DNA from: an uncultured bacterium
GTDB taxonomy: Bacteria; SAR324; NAC60-12
Assembly: GCA_965662845.1 (NCBI GenBank)
Contig: CBFIJD010000026.1
Span: forward strand, 1 to 45,749
Length of the DNA stretch: 45,749 nucleotides
Direction of reading: 5' to 3'
In this document: piece by piece, positions 37,604 through 45,749 of the stretch
How the letters are laid out: every line of letters begins with the position of its first letter
How positions within the stretch are numbered: the stretch's first letter is position 1
Program-made: the position numbers and the translations under genes
The notes under the pieces: model-generated
The model's input: the letters and a program-made list of their open reading frames with translations, nothing else
Told to the model about the DNA's origin: nothing
Database searches by the model: none

Positions 37604-39307
37604 TTACTTTATGAGCATGAAAACAAGCGCCAAGACAACGGTTGGAATCGCGGCCCCCATCGCCAATTTGGCGGGGTTGACGCCACCGGAGAAGAAGCGA
37701 GACAAGATGGATTGTCCGGCTGGGTTCGGCGCGTTCGCGATGACGGTCAAACCACCACCGGTCACCGCACCAGCTACGACAGCATACTTCTGCACGTCGG
37801 TGAAGCCGGGCACCAAGGTGCTCAGGTAGGTAATCGCGGCGTTATCGTTGAACGCGGTCAACACGGTCGCACCAATGAAGAGCGGCAATTCGCTCAAGGA
37901 GCCGAGCACCGGTGCGATCCACCATGCCTGCACACCACCGTGGGTGACCAAGCCTGCGAGGAAGAAACCAACGAGCAGGGGCCCTTTGATCTCCAGCTTA
38001 TTTTGGTAGGCCTTTGAGGCCATGCTGAAGCCGATGAAGAACAAGAACCCGCCGATGAAGAGCGGTGGGTAGTGCGCGTTGTAAACCGTCCAGGCCATGA
38101 ACAGCAGGTGCGTTGCGGTGACCCAACCTGGGATCGGATCTTCGCGGTCTTCCCACTTCACAGGCGCGTCTTGACCATCGGCGCCCTTGGCGACTTCTGG
38201 CTTGGTCAACTTGGCGAATTCAGCTTTGAACACCGCGAAGTAGATCAGGTTCGCAATCACGATGCCGACCGCAGCTTTCCAGCCAAAGTTGGTGATCATG
38301 AAGGCGATGTCCCAGCCCCATGGAGCTGCAACCATCAGCACGGGCGGCGCCGCGAAGTGCGTCAACGTTCCGCCTACGGAGATGTTCACGAAGAGCAAGC
38401 CGATGGTGGCGTAAGCAAACTTTGGTGCAGGCTTGAACTCATAGAACTGCTTGGCGAGCAGCAACGCGGCGATGGTCATCGCGGCGGGCTCGGTGATGAA
38501 AGAACCCAAAATCGGAGCAATCGTCAAAATAGACAACCACCACGCTTGTGGAGATTGTCCACCAAAGGCGGCAATCTTTCCGAGAATCAGTTCAGCCAGC
38601 TTCACGATAGGACGTGTCGACGCCAGCGCCATAATCACGACCACAAACATGGGCTCGGTGTAGTTCACAGTGTGTGCGATGTAATCCGAGAAAGTATACC
38701 AGCCGTGGAAGCCCACAATCGCGGCCGCCAGCGCGATCACCCAGATGCCAAAGATGGCTTCGACTTCTCCGAGGAAGTGATACATCTCTGCTTTGAAAGA
38801 GGGGCTGTTCGCGATGTATTCTTCTGACTTGCCCTGCTTGCGCAGCTCGTCTTCGTGGTGATGCTTGATCTCGTGAGCCTTGTGCATCAGCGGGCCCGCG
38901 ACAAACGTGTGCGCAATCGCACAGATGAAGATCAGTGTTCCAACTAAATTGAAGGGGTTCTCAGCAATACGTGAGGAGAGAATTCCCCCAATTCCTGCTC
39001 CTTCGGGGTCATTGTATTCATGCAACTTCATGGGGAAGTCGCTGTCCACGTTACCACCTCCGGCAGCGATAACCATACCAGCCATCACGATGAACATGAC
39101 CGGGATCAACCAAGCGCGACGCGACATCGCGACCGCCGCCAAGGTTGAGGGACTCCAGTCACGCACTCCCAGACGGCTCTCGATGCCGTCCATCATCTTT
39201 TGCAGTGGTGCTGGAAGAGAAGGGCTCAGGTGCTGCTGCCTGAATACCTGCGAGCGCATTTTGCGTTGGCGGGAGGCGCCTGCGCGTCGGTGGGGAGATT
39301 TTCGCAT
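37604..39307 (-). CDS. Putative Na+/H+ antiporter (DUF1504-like, ion transporter superfamily)
   Basis: LGEVEAIFG.W, GSFITEPAAMT, GGTLTHFAAPPVLMVA, DNAAITYL, GGGLTVIANAPNPAG; many TM helices; AAGGAG SD. Confidence 0.82.
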   Translation of the reverse strand: MRKSPHRRAGASRQRKMRSQVFRQQHLSPSLPAPLQKMMDGIESRLGVRDWSPSTLAAVAMSRRAWLIPVMFIVMAGMVIAAGGGNVDSDFPMKLHEYNDPEGAGIGGILSSRIAENPFNLVGTLIFICAIAHTFVAGPLMHKAHEIKHHHEDELRKQGKSEEYIANSPSFKAEMYHFLGEVEAIFGIWVIALAAAIVGFHGWYTFSDYIAHTVNYTEPMFVVVIMALASTRPIVKLAELILGKIAAFGGQSPQAWWLSILTIAPILGSFITEPAAMTIAALLLAKQFYEFKPAPKFAYATIGLLFVNISVGGTLTHFAAPPVLMVAAPWGWDIAFMITNFGWKAAVGIVIANLIYFAVFKAEFAKLTKPEVAKGADGQDAPVKWEDREDPIPGWVTATHLLFMAWTVYNAHYPPLFIGGFLFFIGFSMASKAYQNKLEIKGPLLVGFFLAGLVTHGGVQAWWIAPVLGSLSELPLFIGATVLTAFNDNAAITYLSTLVPGFTDVQKYAVVAGAVTGGGLTVIANAPNPAGQSILSRFFSGGVNPAKLAMGAAIPTVVLALVFMLIK

Positions 39308-39570
39308 CGTTCGACTCCTTGATACAAATCATGAGATTCTCGTTTCCGGACGACAGTCCGGGGCCGAATTTGGCTTTCTTCTGGCATGCCACCATGGCTG
39401 ATCTACGGGCTGCGCATCGCAACATTCAGACCGGCACAGCGGCTCTGGGGACGGCCGCGTTAGCGGAATTGCCAGCGCAGTCCGACGCCCAAAAAGCGCC
39501 TGCAAGGATACATAGATCGCCCCCCAGTGCAATCTGAAATTCTGCGGCTCGTAACCTTTTTGTAGCTTTC

Positions 39571-40395
39571 ATGAGCATCGAGATCCTTCACCTCTCCGAT
39601 CTGCACTTTCAGGCCTACCCGCGCTCGGTTCACGAGTGGGTGAGCAAGCGCGCGCTCGGCGCCCTCAACTGGCTCCTCAAACGCCAAAAAAAGTACCCCA
39701 AAGAGCGCATCACACAACTGATACAAAAAACGACCTCTTTGAGCTGGGATCATGTGGTCGTGAGCGGAGACCTCACTCAGCTGTCTCTGGAAGCCGAGTT
39801 CGCCGAGGCGCGACAAGCCCTCGCGCCGCTCCTCACCCACTCAGAACGCGCGACGATTGTCCCCGGAAACCACGACTACTACGTCCCAGAAGCCCTCGCA
39901 GCGGATTACTTTCAACAATATTTTGGGGAATTTTTTGGGGAGGGAGTGATTCACACACGCTATCTGGGAGAAGACTGGCACATCATCGGCTGGAACAGCG
40001 CACACCCGAACCCTTGGTACAGCGCAGCGGGGACGGTTACCCGCGCTACCTTTGTGGCCACAGAACACTACATCGGCGCACAAGCCCCAGGCGCCAAGTT
40101 CGTGATTGTGAACCATTATCCGATTTGGTTCCCAGCAGGGCGACTCCCCGAAGCAGAGCACGAGCTGCTCAACCTAGCGCAAGTCCAACACTGGCTCTCC
40201 ACACAGCCGCAAGTTCGGCTGTATTTGCATGGACACCTGCATCGCAACTGGTCGCACACGCTGCGCTATCCCACACACGAGCTTCAAGTTGTCAACTCAG
40301 CCTCATCCACGATGCTGATGCCTGCGGGAGCCTCTTCGTTTCACCGGCTTCGTCTTGAGAAGGACGAGGTTACTGTAGAACCTTTTGCCTATTGA
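39571..40395 (+). CDS. Metallophosphoesterase
   Basis: SDLH, SGDL, PGNHD, HY and HGHLH motifs. Confidence 0.85.
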   Translation: MSIEILHLSDLHFQAYPRSVHEWVSKRALGALNWLLKRQKKYPKERITQLIQKTTSLSWDHVVVSGDLTQLSLEAEFAEARQALAPLLTHSERATIVPGNHDYYVPEALAADYFQQYFGEFFGEGVIHTRYLGEDWHIIGWNSAHPNPWYSAAGTVTRATFVATEHYIGAQAPGAKFVIVNHYPIWFPAGRLPEAEHELLNLAQVQHWLSTQPQVRLYLHGHLHRNWSHTLRYPTHELQVVNSASSTMLMPAGASSFHRLRLEKDEVTVEPFAY

Positions 40396-40399
40396 TCTC

Positions 40400-40783
40400 A
40401 TGCGACACCCCTTTTGGATCAGCCTTTTTGCTGTGCTGCTGCCGGCACACGGAATTGCCCAGACGCTCCCAATCGCTCCCAATCGCTGCGCAGCCGCCAT
40501 CACTGAGTTCACGGAGTTTCGCCCGACGGGTGTATATGGCAGCGTCGCAGAAGACGAGTGGTCTCCGGCCGCGATGTATGTGCTGCAGAAAGAAGCGGAG
40601 AAATATCAGGTTTTGCAGCGTCACTATGCCGATGAGGTCGACAACTGGCGCTTTGAAATCATGGAGATGACAGGCGGGAAGACGATGATGTTTGTGTTTG
40701 AGAAGACGTTCAAACCGCGTTTTTGCCAGGGCCCAAATGCCTTCTTCGTGAAGCGGGAGAGTCCGAGCGCGGCCCGGCCGTGA
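40400..40783 (+). CDS. Hypothetical exported protein
   Basis: Signal peptide MRHPFWISLFAVLLPAHGIA; two Cys (possible disulfide); starts 4 nt after the upstream stop. Confidence 0.6.
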   Translation: MRHPFWISLFAVLLPAHGIAQTLPIAPNRCAAAITEFTEFRPTGVYGSVAEDEWSPAAMYVLQKEAEKYQVLQRHYADEVDNWRFEIMEMTGGKTMMFVFEKTFKPRFCQGPNAFFVKRESPSAARP

Positions 40784-40996
40784 ACCGTTTCAGACTCCGT
40801 TTGCTCCGTGTCGTAGCTGACGATTGCGTGGTCGCTCAATCCAGCCGTGGCGCATCCGAAGCATAGTCTGCTGCCACAGCTGTTGTTCATATTCTTTGAG
40901 CGAGGTCGGTCGTTGTGAAGCGTCCATGGACTTTCCATTAAAACACGCATGCCCCCCGGTGCGTGTGGAGTTGATCATCTGCGCGGGAACGCAGTC

Positions 40997-41173
40997 TTAC
41001 CACAGATCGCTCTCTTGCACTTCGACCATCTCCAGCAGGTCTTCGGTCAAAATCATGTCGTCCCCAAACGTCGGCTCCCCAACGACTTTGTCAATTTGTT
41101 GAATCTGTCCTCCGCGCTCCAAGAAACGAGCGGTGGCGGCTTGCACTTCTTCGCGAGTGATTTGAGTAATCAT
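40997..41173 (-). CDS. 58-aa SutA-like putative RNA polymerase-binding small protein (not in the ORF track)
   Basis: Manual translation: MITQITREEVQAATARFLERGGQIQQIDKVVGEPTFGDDMILTEDLLEMVEVQESDLW. TAAGGAG SD 6 nt upstream. The FLxRGGxIQxI core resembles the SutA RNAP-binding domain. Confidence 0.72.
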   Translation of the reverse strand: MITQITREEVQAATARFLERGGQIQQIDKVVGEPTFGDDMILTEDLLEMVEVQESDLW

Positions 41174-41261
41174 GGCAGTCTCCTTAATCAGAATTTAGTT
41201 TTTAATAACAAGGACTTATATCCTCAGTAGGCATCTTTTTTCGTGCCGTTTCTCTACACTC

Positions 41262-41277
41262 TGCACCGGACGTGCCA
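41262..41277 (-). promoter_or_regulatory. Sigma54 (-24/-12) promoter candidate for the SutA-like gene
   Basis: Minus strand reads TGGCACGTCCGGTGCA: perfect TGGCACG and exact GG-N10-GC spacing. Confidence 0.62.
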
Positions 41278-41414
41278 CGCTTGGGATTTATTTATTTTTC
41301 CAGCACACCGCTACAACTTTATTTTTTCCTGCAAATCCGCCAAGATTGCGTTTTACCTGCACAGGAGCCGGTCGCAGTCTGATTTTTCAGCACAATTTTT
41401 CGGGAGGAGGGGCA

Positions 41415-41807
41415 ATGAGCGCCGAAGCAATTGAAGAAGATTTTTTGAACGAAGCAGAGCTGCAATACTTCAAAGAAAAGTTATTGCAAATGCGCGAAGA
41501 CATCTGGGCGGAAGGACAAGCGACGGTCAACGACATGCAGGAAGAGTCCACGCTCTATCCTGACCCAAACGACCGCGCCAGCTTGGAAGCCGAACACTTC
41601 AACACCTTGCGCATCCGCGATCGGGAACGTAAGTTGTTGACGAAAATTGACGCCGCGCTGCAACGCATTGAGGACGGCACCTTTGGGATCTGCGAAGTCA
41701 CAGGCGCTCCCATTGAACGTAAACGGCTAGAAGCCCGCCCTGTTACCACGCTCAGCCTCAAAGCCAAACAAGAGCAGGAGCTCGAAGAGCAGCGCCACCG
41801 TCGCTAA
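41415..41807 (+). CDS. dksA: RNA polymerase-binding transcription factor DksA (one-Cys, Zn-independent type)
   Basis: Coiled-coil tip [24 protein letters not shown]...RLEARP; GGAGG SD. Confidence 0.93.
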   Translation: MSAEAIEEDFLNEAELQYFKEKLLQMREDIWAEGQATVNDMQEESTLYPDPNDRASLEAEHFNTLRIRDRERKLLTKIDAALQRIEDGTFGICEVTGAPIERKRLEARPVTTLSLKAKQEQELEEQRHRR

Positions 41808-41848
41808 CCATCACCCCGCTCTCTGAACCTTCCAACGCCTCATCTCTC

Positions 41849-43135
41849 ATGCACATCACCCAATCAGCCTCTCTGTTCAATCGCGCCCAGCAACGCATCC
41901 CGGGCGGAGTCAATAGCCCCGTCCGCGCTTTCAAGTCTGTGCGCTCTACGCCGCTGTTCATTCGGCAAGGAAAAGGGAGCAAGCTCATCGATGTCGACGG
42001 CAATGAATACATCGACTACATCGGCTCGTGGGGGCCCCTCATTCTGGGACACTGCCACCCTGAGGTCATCGCTGCCGTCGAAGAAGCCCTGCGTCGCGGA
42101 GCCTCTTTTGGGACCCCGACCGAGGGGGAAGTTCACCTCGCCGAGATGATCTGTGAAGCGGTCAACAGCGTCGAGATGCTGCGCTTGACGAACTCCGGCA
42201 CAGAAGCCGCCATGGCCGCGATCCGCGTTGCGCGGGGCTACACCAAGCGCGACAAGATCCTCAAATTTGAGGGCTGTTACCACGGCAGCGTGGACTCTCT
42301 GCTGGTGAAGGCGGGCTCTGGGGTGATGACGCTCGGCTTGCCCGACTCGCCCGGCGTGCCAGCCTCTTTTGTGGAGCACACGCTGCTCGCGCCCTTCAAC
42401 GATCTGCAAGCGGTCACGGACCTGATGGACGAGTATGGCGACCAAATCGCCGCGGTCGTGCTGGAACCTGTCACGGGCAACATGGGGATGATCCTGCCGG
42501 AGCACGGGTTCTTGCACGGACTGCGCGACCTCTGCGACCGCCACGGCGCGCTGCTCGTGTTCGATGAAGTGATGACCGGCTTCCGCGTAGACTACGGCGG
42601 CGCGCAATCCGTACTCGGCATCATCCCCGACATGACCATCTTCGGGAAGGTCATCGGTGGAGGCTTGCCTGTCGGCGCCTATGGCGGACGCCAAGATGTG
42701 ATGCTGATGGTCGCGCCCGCAGGCCCGGTGTATCAGGCTGGGACTCTCTCAGGGAACCCGCTCGCGGTCGCTGCTGGGCGTAAGACCCTAGAGCTGCTGC
42801 AGCAGCCCGACACATACCGCGAGCTGGGGCGCAAGACCAACTGGCTCACCCAAGAGATGCAAGCCAGCGCCGACAAATATGGCATCCCTTTCCAGACATG
42901 CGCGATGGGAGGCATGTTCGGCTTCTTCTTCTCCGAGACGCCCGTGCGCAACTACGAAGACGCCGCCAACGCGCACCAAGACCGCTTCCGAGAGTTCTTC
43001 TTGGGCATGCTCAAAGCCGGCATCTACCTCGCGCCGTCTGCATTCGAGAGTGGGTTCATCTCTCTTGCCCACAGTGATGAAGACCTTGAGAAGACCGCCA
43101 ACGCCTGCCGCAACGTCATGAGCACCCTCAAATGA
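41849..43135 (+). CDS. hemL: Glutamate-1-semialdehyde 2,1-aminomutase
   Basis: [50 protein letters not shown]. Confidence 0.97.
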   Translation: MHITQSASLFNRAQQRIPGGVNSPVRAFKSVRSTPLFIRQGKGSKLIDVDGNEYIDYIGSWGPLILGHCHPEVIAAVEEALRRGASFGTPTEGEVHLAEMICEAVNSVEMLRLTNSGTEAAMAAIRVARGYTKRDKILKFEGCYHGSVDSLLVKAGSGVMTLGLPDSPGVPASFVEHTLLAPFNDLQAVTDLMDEYGDQIAAVVLEPVTGNMGMILPEHGFLHGLRDLCDRHGALLVFDEVMTGFRVDYGGAQSVLGIIPDMTIFGKVIGGGLPVGAYGGRQDVMLMVAPAGPVYQAGTLSGNPLAVAAGRKTLELLQQPDTYRELGRKTNWLTQEMQASADKYGIPFQTCAMGGMFGFFFSETPVRNYEDAANAHQDRFREFFLGMLKAGIYLAPSAFESGFISLAHSDEDLEKTANACRNVMSTLK

Positions 43136-44196
43136 TCCTCCTTGAGCAACCTGACTACCTCCGCCTGCCTGTGCAAGAGCGCCTGCCCCATTATCAACGT
43201 GACGGGCGCCTCTATCACGTGATGATGTCGCAGCAGTTCCAACGTCCACTGATGGAAGAGATCTTCGGCGTCGCGAACACGATCAAGGCCATGTCACACG
43301 ACACGGAAGGGCTCGAATTTCTCTCGCGGCTGCTGCGCCACAAACGCGCGATGCTTTACTTCACGCAACCTTCCACCCGCACGTTCCTCTCGTTTGTGAC
43401 CGCGTGCCAGTTCGTCGGGATGACCACCGGCGAGGTGCAAGACCCCACGCTCTCATCTGAATACAAAGGCGAGAGCCAAGAAGACGCCGTGCGGGCGTTC
43501 AGCAGCTACTTCGATGTCGTCATCATGCGCGACCCCAAGCCCGGCTTCTGTGAATACGTCGCCTATCGCCAAGATCGCACCGGCTACAGCGTCCCGATCC
43601 TCAATGGCGGCAGCGGCAAAGACCAGCACCCGACGCAGGCGCTGCTCGACCTCTACACCATGCACCGCTCCTTTCAGCAAAGCGGCGGCATCTCGGGGAA
43701 GAAATACGCCTTCGTGGGCGACATCAGCCGTGGCCGCGCCGTTCGCTCCGTGATGTATCTGCTCTCGAACTACGAAGACCTAGAGATCTACTGCGTCGCG
43801 CCGGATGACTTTCAGGTCGCCAAAGATCTGCGTGAACACTTAGAAGAGCGCAACGTCAAGCTGCACCTCACCGACCACCTCAACGAAGTCCTGCCCGAAG
43901 TCGACTGTGTGTATATGACGCGCGTGCAAGACGAGTATGACTTGTCTGGCGAGTCCAGCGGCATTGATTTGAGTCGCTACAGTCTGACGGATGAGAACGT
44001 CAACCTGCTGCCCGAGCACGCGATCATCATGCACCCGCTGCCGCGTCGCCAAGAGATCGCGATGTCCATTGACGCCAACCCTCGCGCGGTTTACTGGAAC
44101 CAGCTTCGCAATGGCGTGTATATCCGCGCTGCGCTGCTGCTGTACATCTTCAACAAAACCGAGCAGCTCCCGCTCGTTCAAGAGAAGCCCCGCTGA
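43132..44196 (+). CDS. pyrB: Aspartate carbamoyltransferase catalytic subunit
   Basis: [32 protein letters not shown] overlap with hemL. Confidence 0.88.
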   Translation: MILLEQPDYLRLPVQERLPHYQRDGRLYHVMMSQQFQRPLMEEIFGVANTIKAMSHDTEGLEFLSRLLRHKRAMLYFTQPSTRTFLSFVTACQFVGMTTGEVQDPTLSSEYKGESQEDAVRAFSSYFDVVIMRDPKPGFCEYVAYRQDRTGYSVPILNGGSGKDQHPTQALLDLYTMHRSFQQSGGISGKKYAFVGDISRGRAVRSVMYLLSNYEDLEIYCVAPDDFQVAKDLREHLEERNVKLHLTDHLNEVLPEVDCVYMTRVQDEYDLSGESSGIDLSRYSLTDENVNLLPEHAIIMHPLPRRQEIAMSIDANPRAVYWNQLRNGVYIRAALLLYIFNKTEQLPLVQEKPR

Positions 44197-45509
44197 TGAC
44201 TCAACTCACGATCCGCAACGCCCAAGTCGTTCTCCCCAATCACCTCTGCGAGACAGATGTCCTCGTTGAAGACGAAACCATCGCCGCCATCGGACGCGGT
44301 CTGCCCGACGGAGACGAGGTCATCGACGCCTCAGGGCTGACGCTCTTTCCTGGGCTGATCGACCCGCAGGTGCATTTTCGGGAACCCGGCAACGCGCACA
44401 AAGAAGACCTGCACAGCGGCTCGTGCGCCGCAGCGGCCGGCGGCATCACCAGCTTTTTAGACATGCCGAACAACAACCCGCTCATCATCACAAGTGAGTT
44501 GATGACCGAAAAGAAAGCGCGGGCAGCCCAGCAGTGCGTGGTGAACTACGGTTTTTTCATCGGCGCGACGCCCTACAACCTGGACGTGCTCAACAGCGTC
44601 TCCAACGTGTGTGGCATCAAGATTTTCATGGGCGCTTCGACCGGAGATTTGTTGGTCGATCAAGAAGAAGACTTGGAGAGAATCTTTGCGAACGGTTCGC
44701 GTCTGATCGCAGTGCACGCCGAGAGTGAAGCGTTGATTGCCGACAACAAGCGATTGCTGGGCGACTTCACCGACGTGAAGGCACACCCCAAAATTCGCGA
44801 CGAGGCCGTCGCGCTCAAAGCTTCCGAGTTGGCCGTGAAGCTCTCCCTGCGTTACCAACGAAGACTGCACATTCTGCACTTAACGACCGAAGAAGAGACG
44901 ATCCTGCTGCGGCGGCTGCCCAAGGACAACGCGATCTCTTCGGAGGTCTGTCCGCAGCACTTCACGCTGTCGGCTCCCGAGTGTTACGACCGCCTTGGGA
45001 CTTTCGCACAAATGAACCCTCCACTGCGCCCGCCGCGCCACGCGCACGCGCTGTGGCAGGCGCTCAAAGATGGCGTCATCGACTGCATCGCCACCGACCA
45101 CGCTCCGCATACCTCCGAGGAGAAGCAACAGCCTTACGGCAAAGCGCCTTCTGGGATGCCGGGAGTCGAGACCTCGCTGCCGCTGCTGCTGAATCGCTAC
45201 AACCAAGGTGACTGCTCACTCACAGAGATCGCTTATTGGATGAGCGAGTCGCCGGCCAAATTGTATGGCATGCAACACAAAGGAAAGATTCAGGTGGGCT
45301 ACGACGCAGACTTGACGCTGGTCGATGTGAACAAGCAGAAGACGGTCACCAACGGGCAGCTCTTCACGCGTGTGAACTGGTCGCCTTACGATGGCATGAC
45401 GCTCACGGGCTGGCCGGTGCGCACTATTGTGCACGGACAAACCGTCTTCGCAGAAGGCAAGATCCAACCGAATGTACGGGGCAAAGAGATTCAGTTTCAA
45501 GAAGGCTGA
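44196..45509 (+). CDS. pyrC: Dihydroorotase
   Basis: DPQVHFREPG, DMPN, GIKIFMG, VHAE, NPPLR, ATDHAPH, PSGMPGVE; TGATG coupling to pyrB. Confidence 0.9.
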   Translation: MTQLTIRNAQVVLPNHLCETDVLVEDETIAAIGRGLPDGDEVIDASGLTLFPGLIDPQVHFREPGNAHKEDLHSGSCAAAAGGITSFLDMPNNNPLIITSELMTEKKARAAQQCVVNYGFFIGATPYNLDVLNSVSNVCGIKIFMGASTGDLLVDQEEDLERIFANGSRLIAVHAESEALIADNKRLLGDFTDVKAHPKIRDEAVALKASELAVKLSLRYQRRLHILHLTTEEETILLRRLPKDNAISSEVCPQHFTLSAPECYDRLGTFAQMNPPLRPPRHAHALWQALKDGVIDCIATDHAPHTSEEKQQPYGKAPSGMPGVETSLPLLLNRYNQGDCSLTEIAYWMSESPAKLYGMQHKGKIQVGYDADLTLVDVNKQKTVTNGQLFTRVNWSPYDGMTLTGWPVRTIVHGQTVFAEGKIQPNVRGKEIQFQEG

Positions 45510-45529
45510 CGCAGGGCTCCGTAACCCAC

Positions 45530-45749
45530 CTGTTTGCCCAATTTTCCCCGATGCTTCCCGCCCCCGTGGTTTTCCGTTTTTTGTGTTTCCCGATTTCCGA
45601 ATGTTTCCCGATCCGGTAGGGGCAACCCCCCGTGTTTTCCCGATTTCCCCATTTTTGTTTTTCCGGATTTTTCCCGCCCCATGGTTGCCCGTTTTTTGTT
45701 TTTCTTGGATTGTGGTTCCTCGGAATCAGGGCCGACACGGGGGGCTGCC
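45530..45749. other. A-poor, low-complexity terminal sequence with recurring TTTCC(C)G, possibly a low-quality contig end
   Basis: Abrupt composition change, homopolymer stutter, no credible ORF. Confidence 0.5.

Noticed and set aside
40790..40927. 45-aa minus-strand ORF MDASQRPTSLKEYEQQ... downstream of the SutA-like gene
   Set aside because: Weak SD and no recognisable motif. It could be real, but I cannot support it from the sequence alone.
41231..41249. Second GGCACG...ATGC motif upstream of the SutA-like gene
   Set aside because: GG-to-GC spacing is 13 nt rather than 10.
45530..45749. CRISPR array at the window end
   Set aside because: No constant-length repeats separated by unique spacers, and no cas genes.

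Overview
Gene-dense, moderately GC-rich bacterial chromosomal window of about 40 CDSs. The gene content looks Deltaproteobacteria/SAR324-like, but that placement is my inference. The left third is accessory: a type II sulfide:quinone oxidoreductase, phosphoesterases, GST-menA, an orphan dppD-like ATPase, a Tat-exported dienelactone hydrolase and intradiol-dioxygenase-like protein, an Aer-like PAS receptor, a decayed hsdM/IS1 scar, a polar amino acid ABC transporter lacking its ATPase, and an orphan PAS kinase with a sigma54-type promoter. The rest is mostly housekeeping: yajC-secD-secF-tyrA, tig-clpP-clpX-pfkB-U32, a PPIase-cinA-gpmI-ugd-dapD run and dksA-hemL-pyrB-pyrC. I saw no rRNA, tRNA or CRISPR array. 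The best lead is a 58-aa gene missing from the ORF track (40997-41173, minus strand). It carries a SutA-like RNA-polymerase-binding motif, a strong SD and a sigma54-type promoter, and lies head-to-head with a one-cysteine, Zn-independent DksA. Other leads are a DUF2322-like-DapD fusion, an in-frame-deleted mini-HsdM, a probable Fe-ADH-fold pseudoenzyme and a cyclophilin-parvulin-parvulin fusion. All family calls come from motif recognition by eye; no database searches were run.
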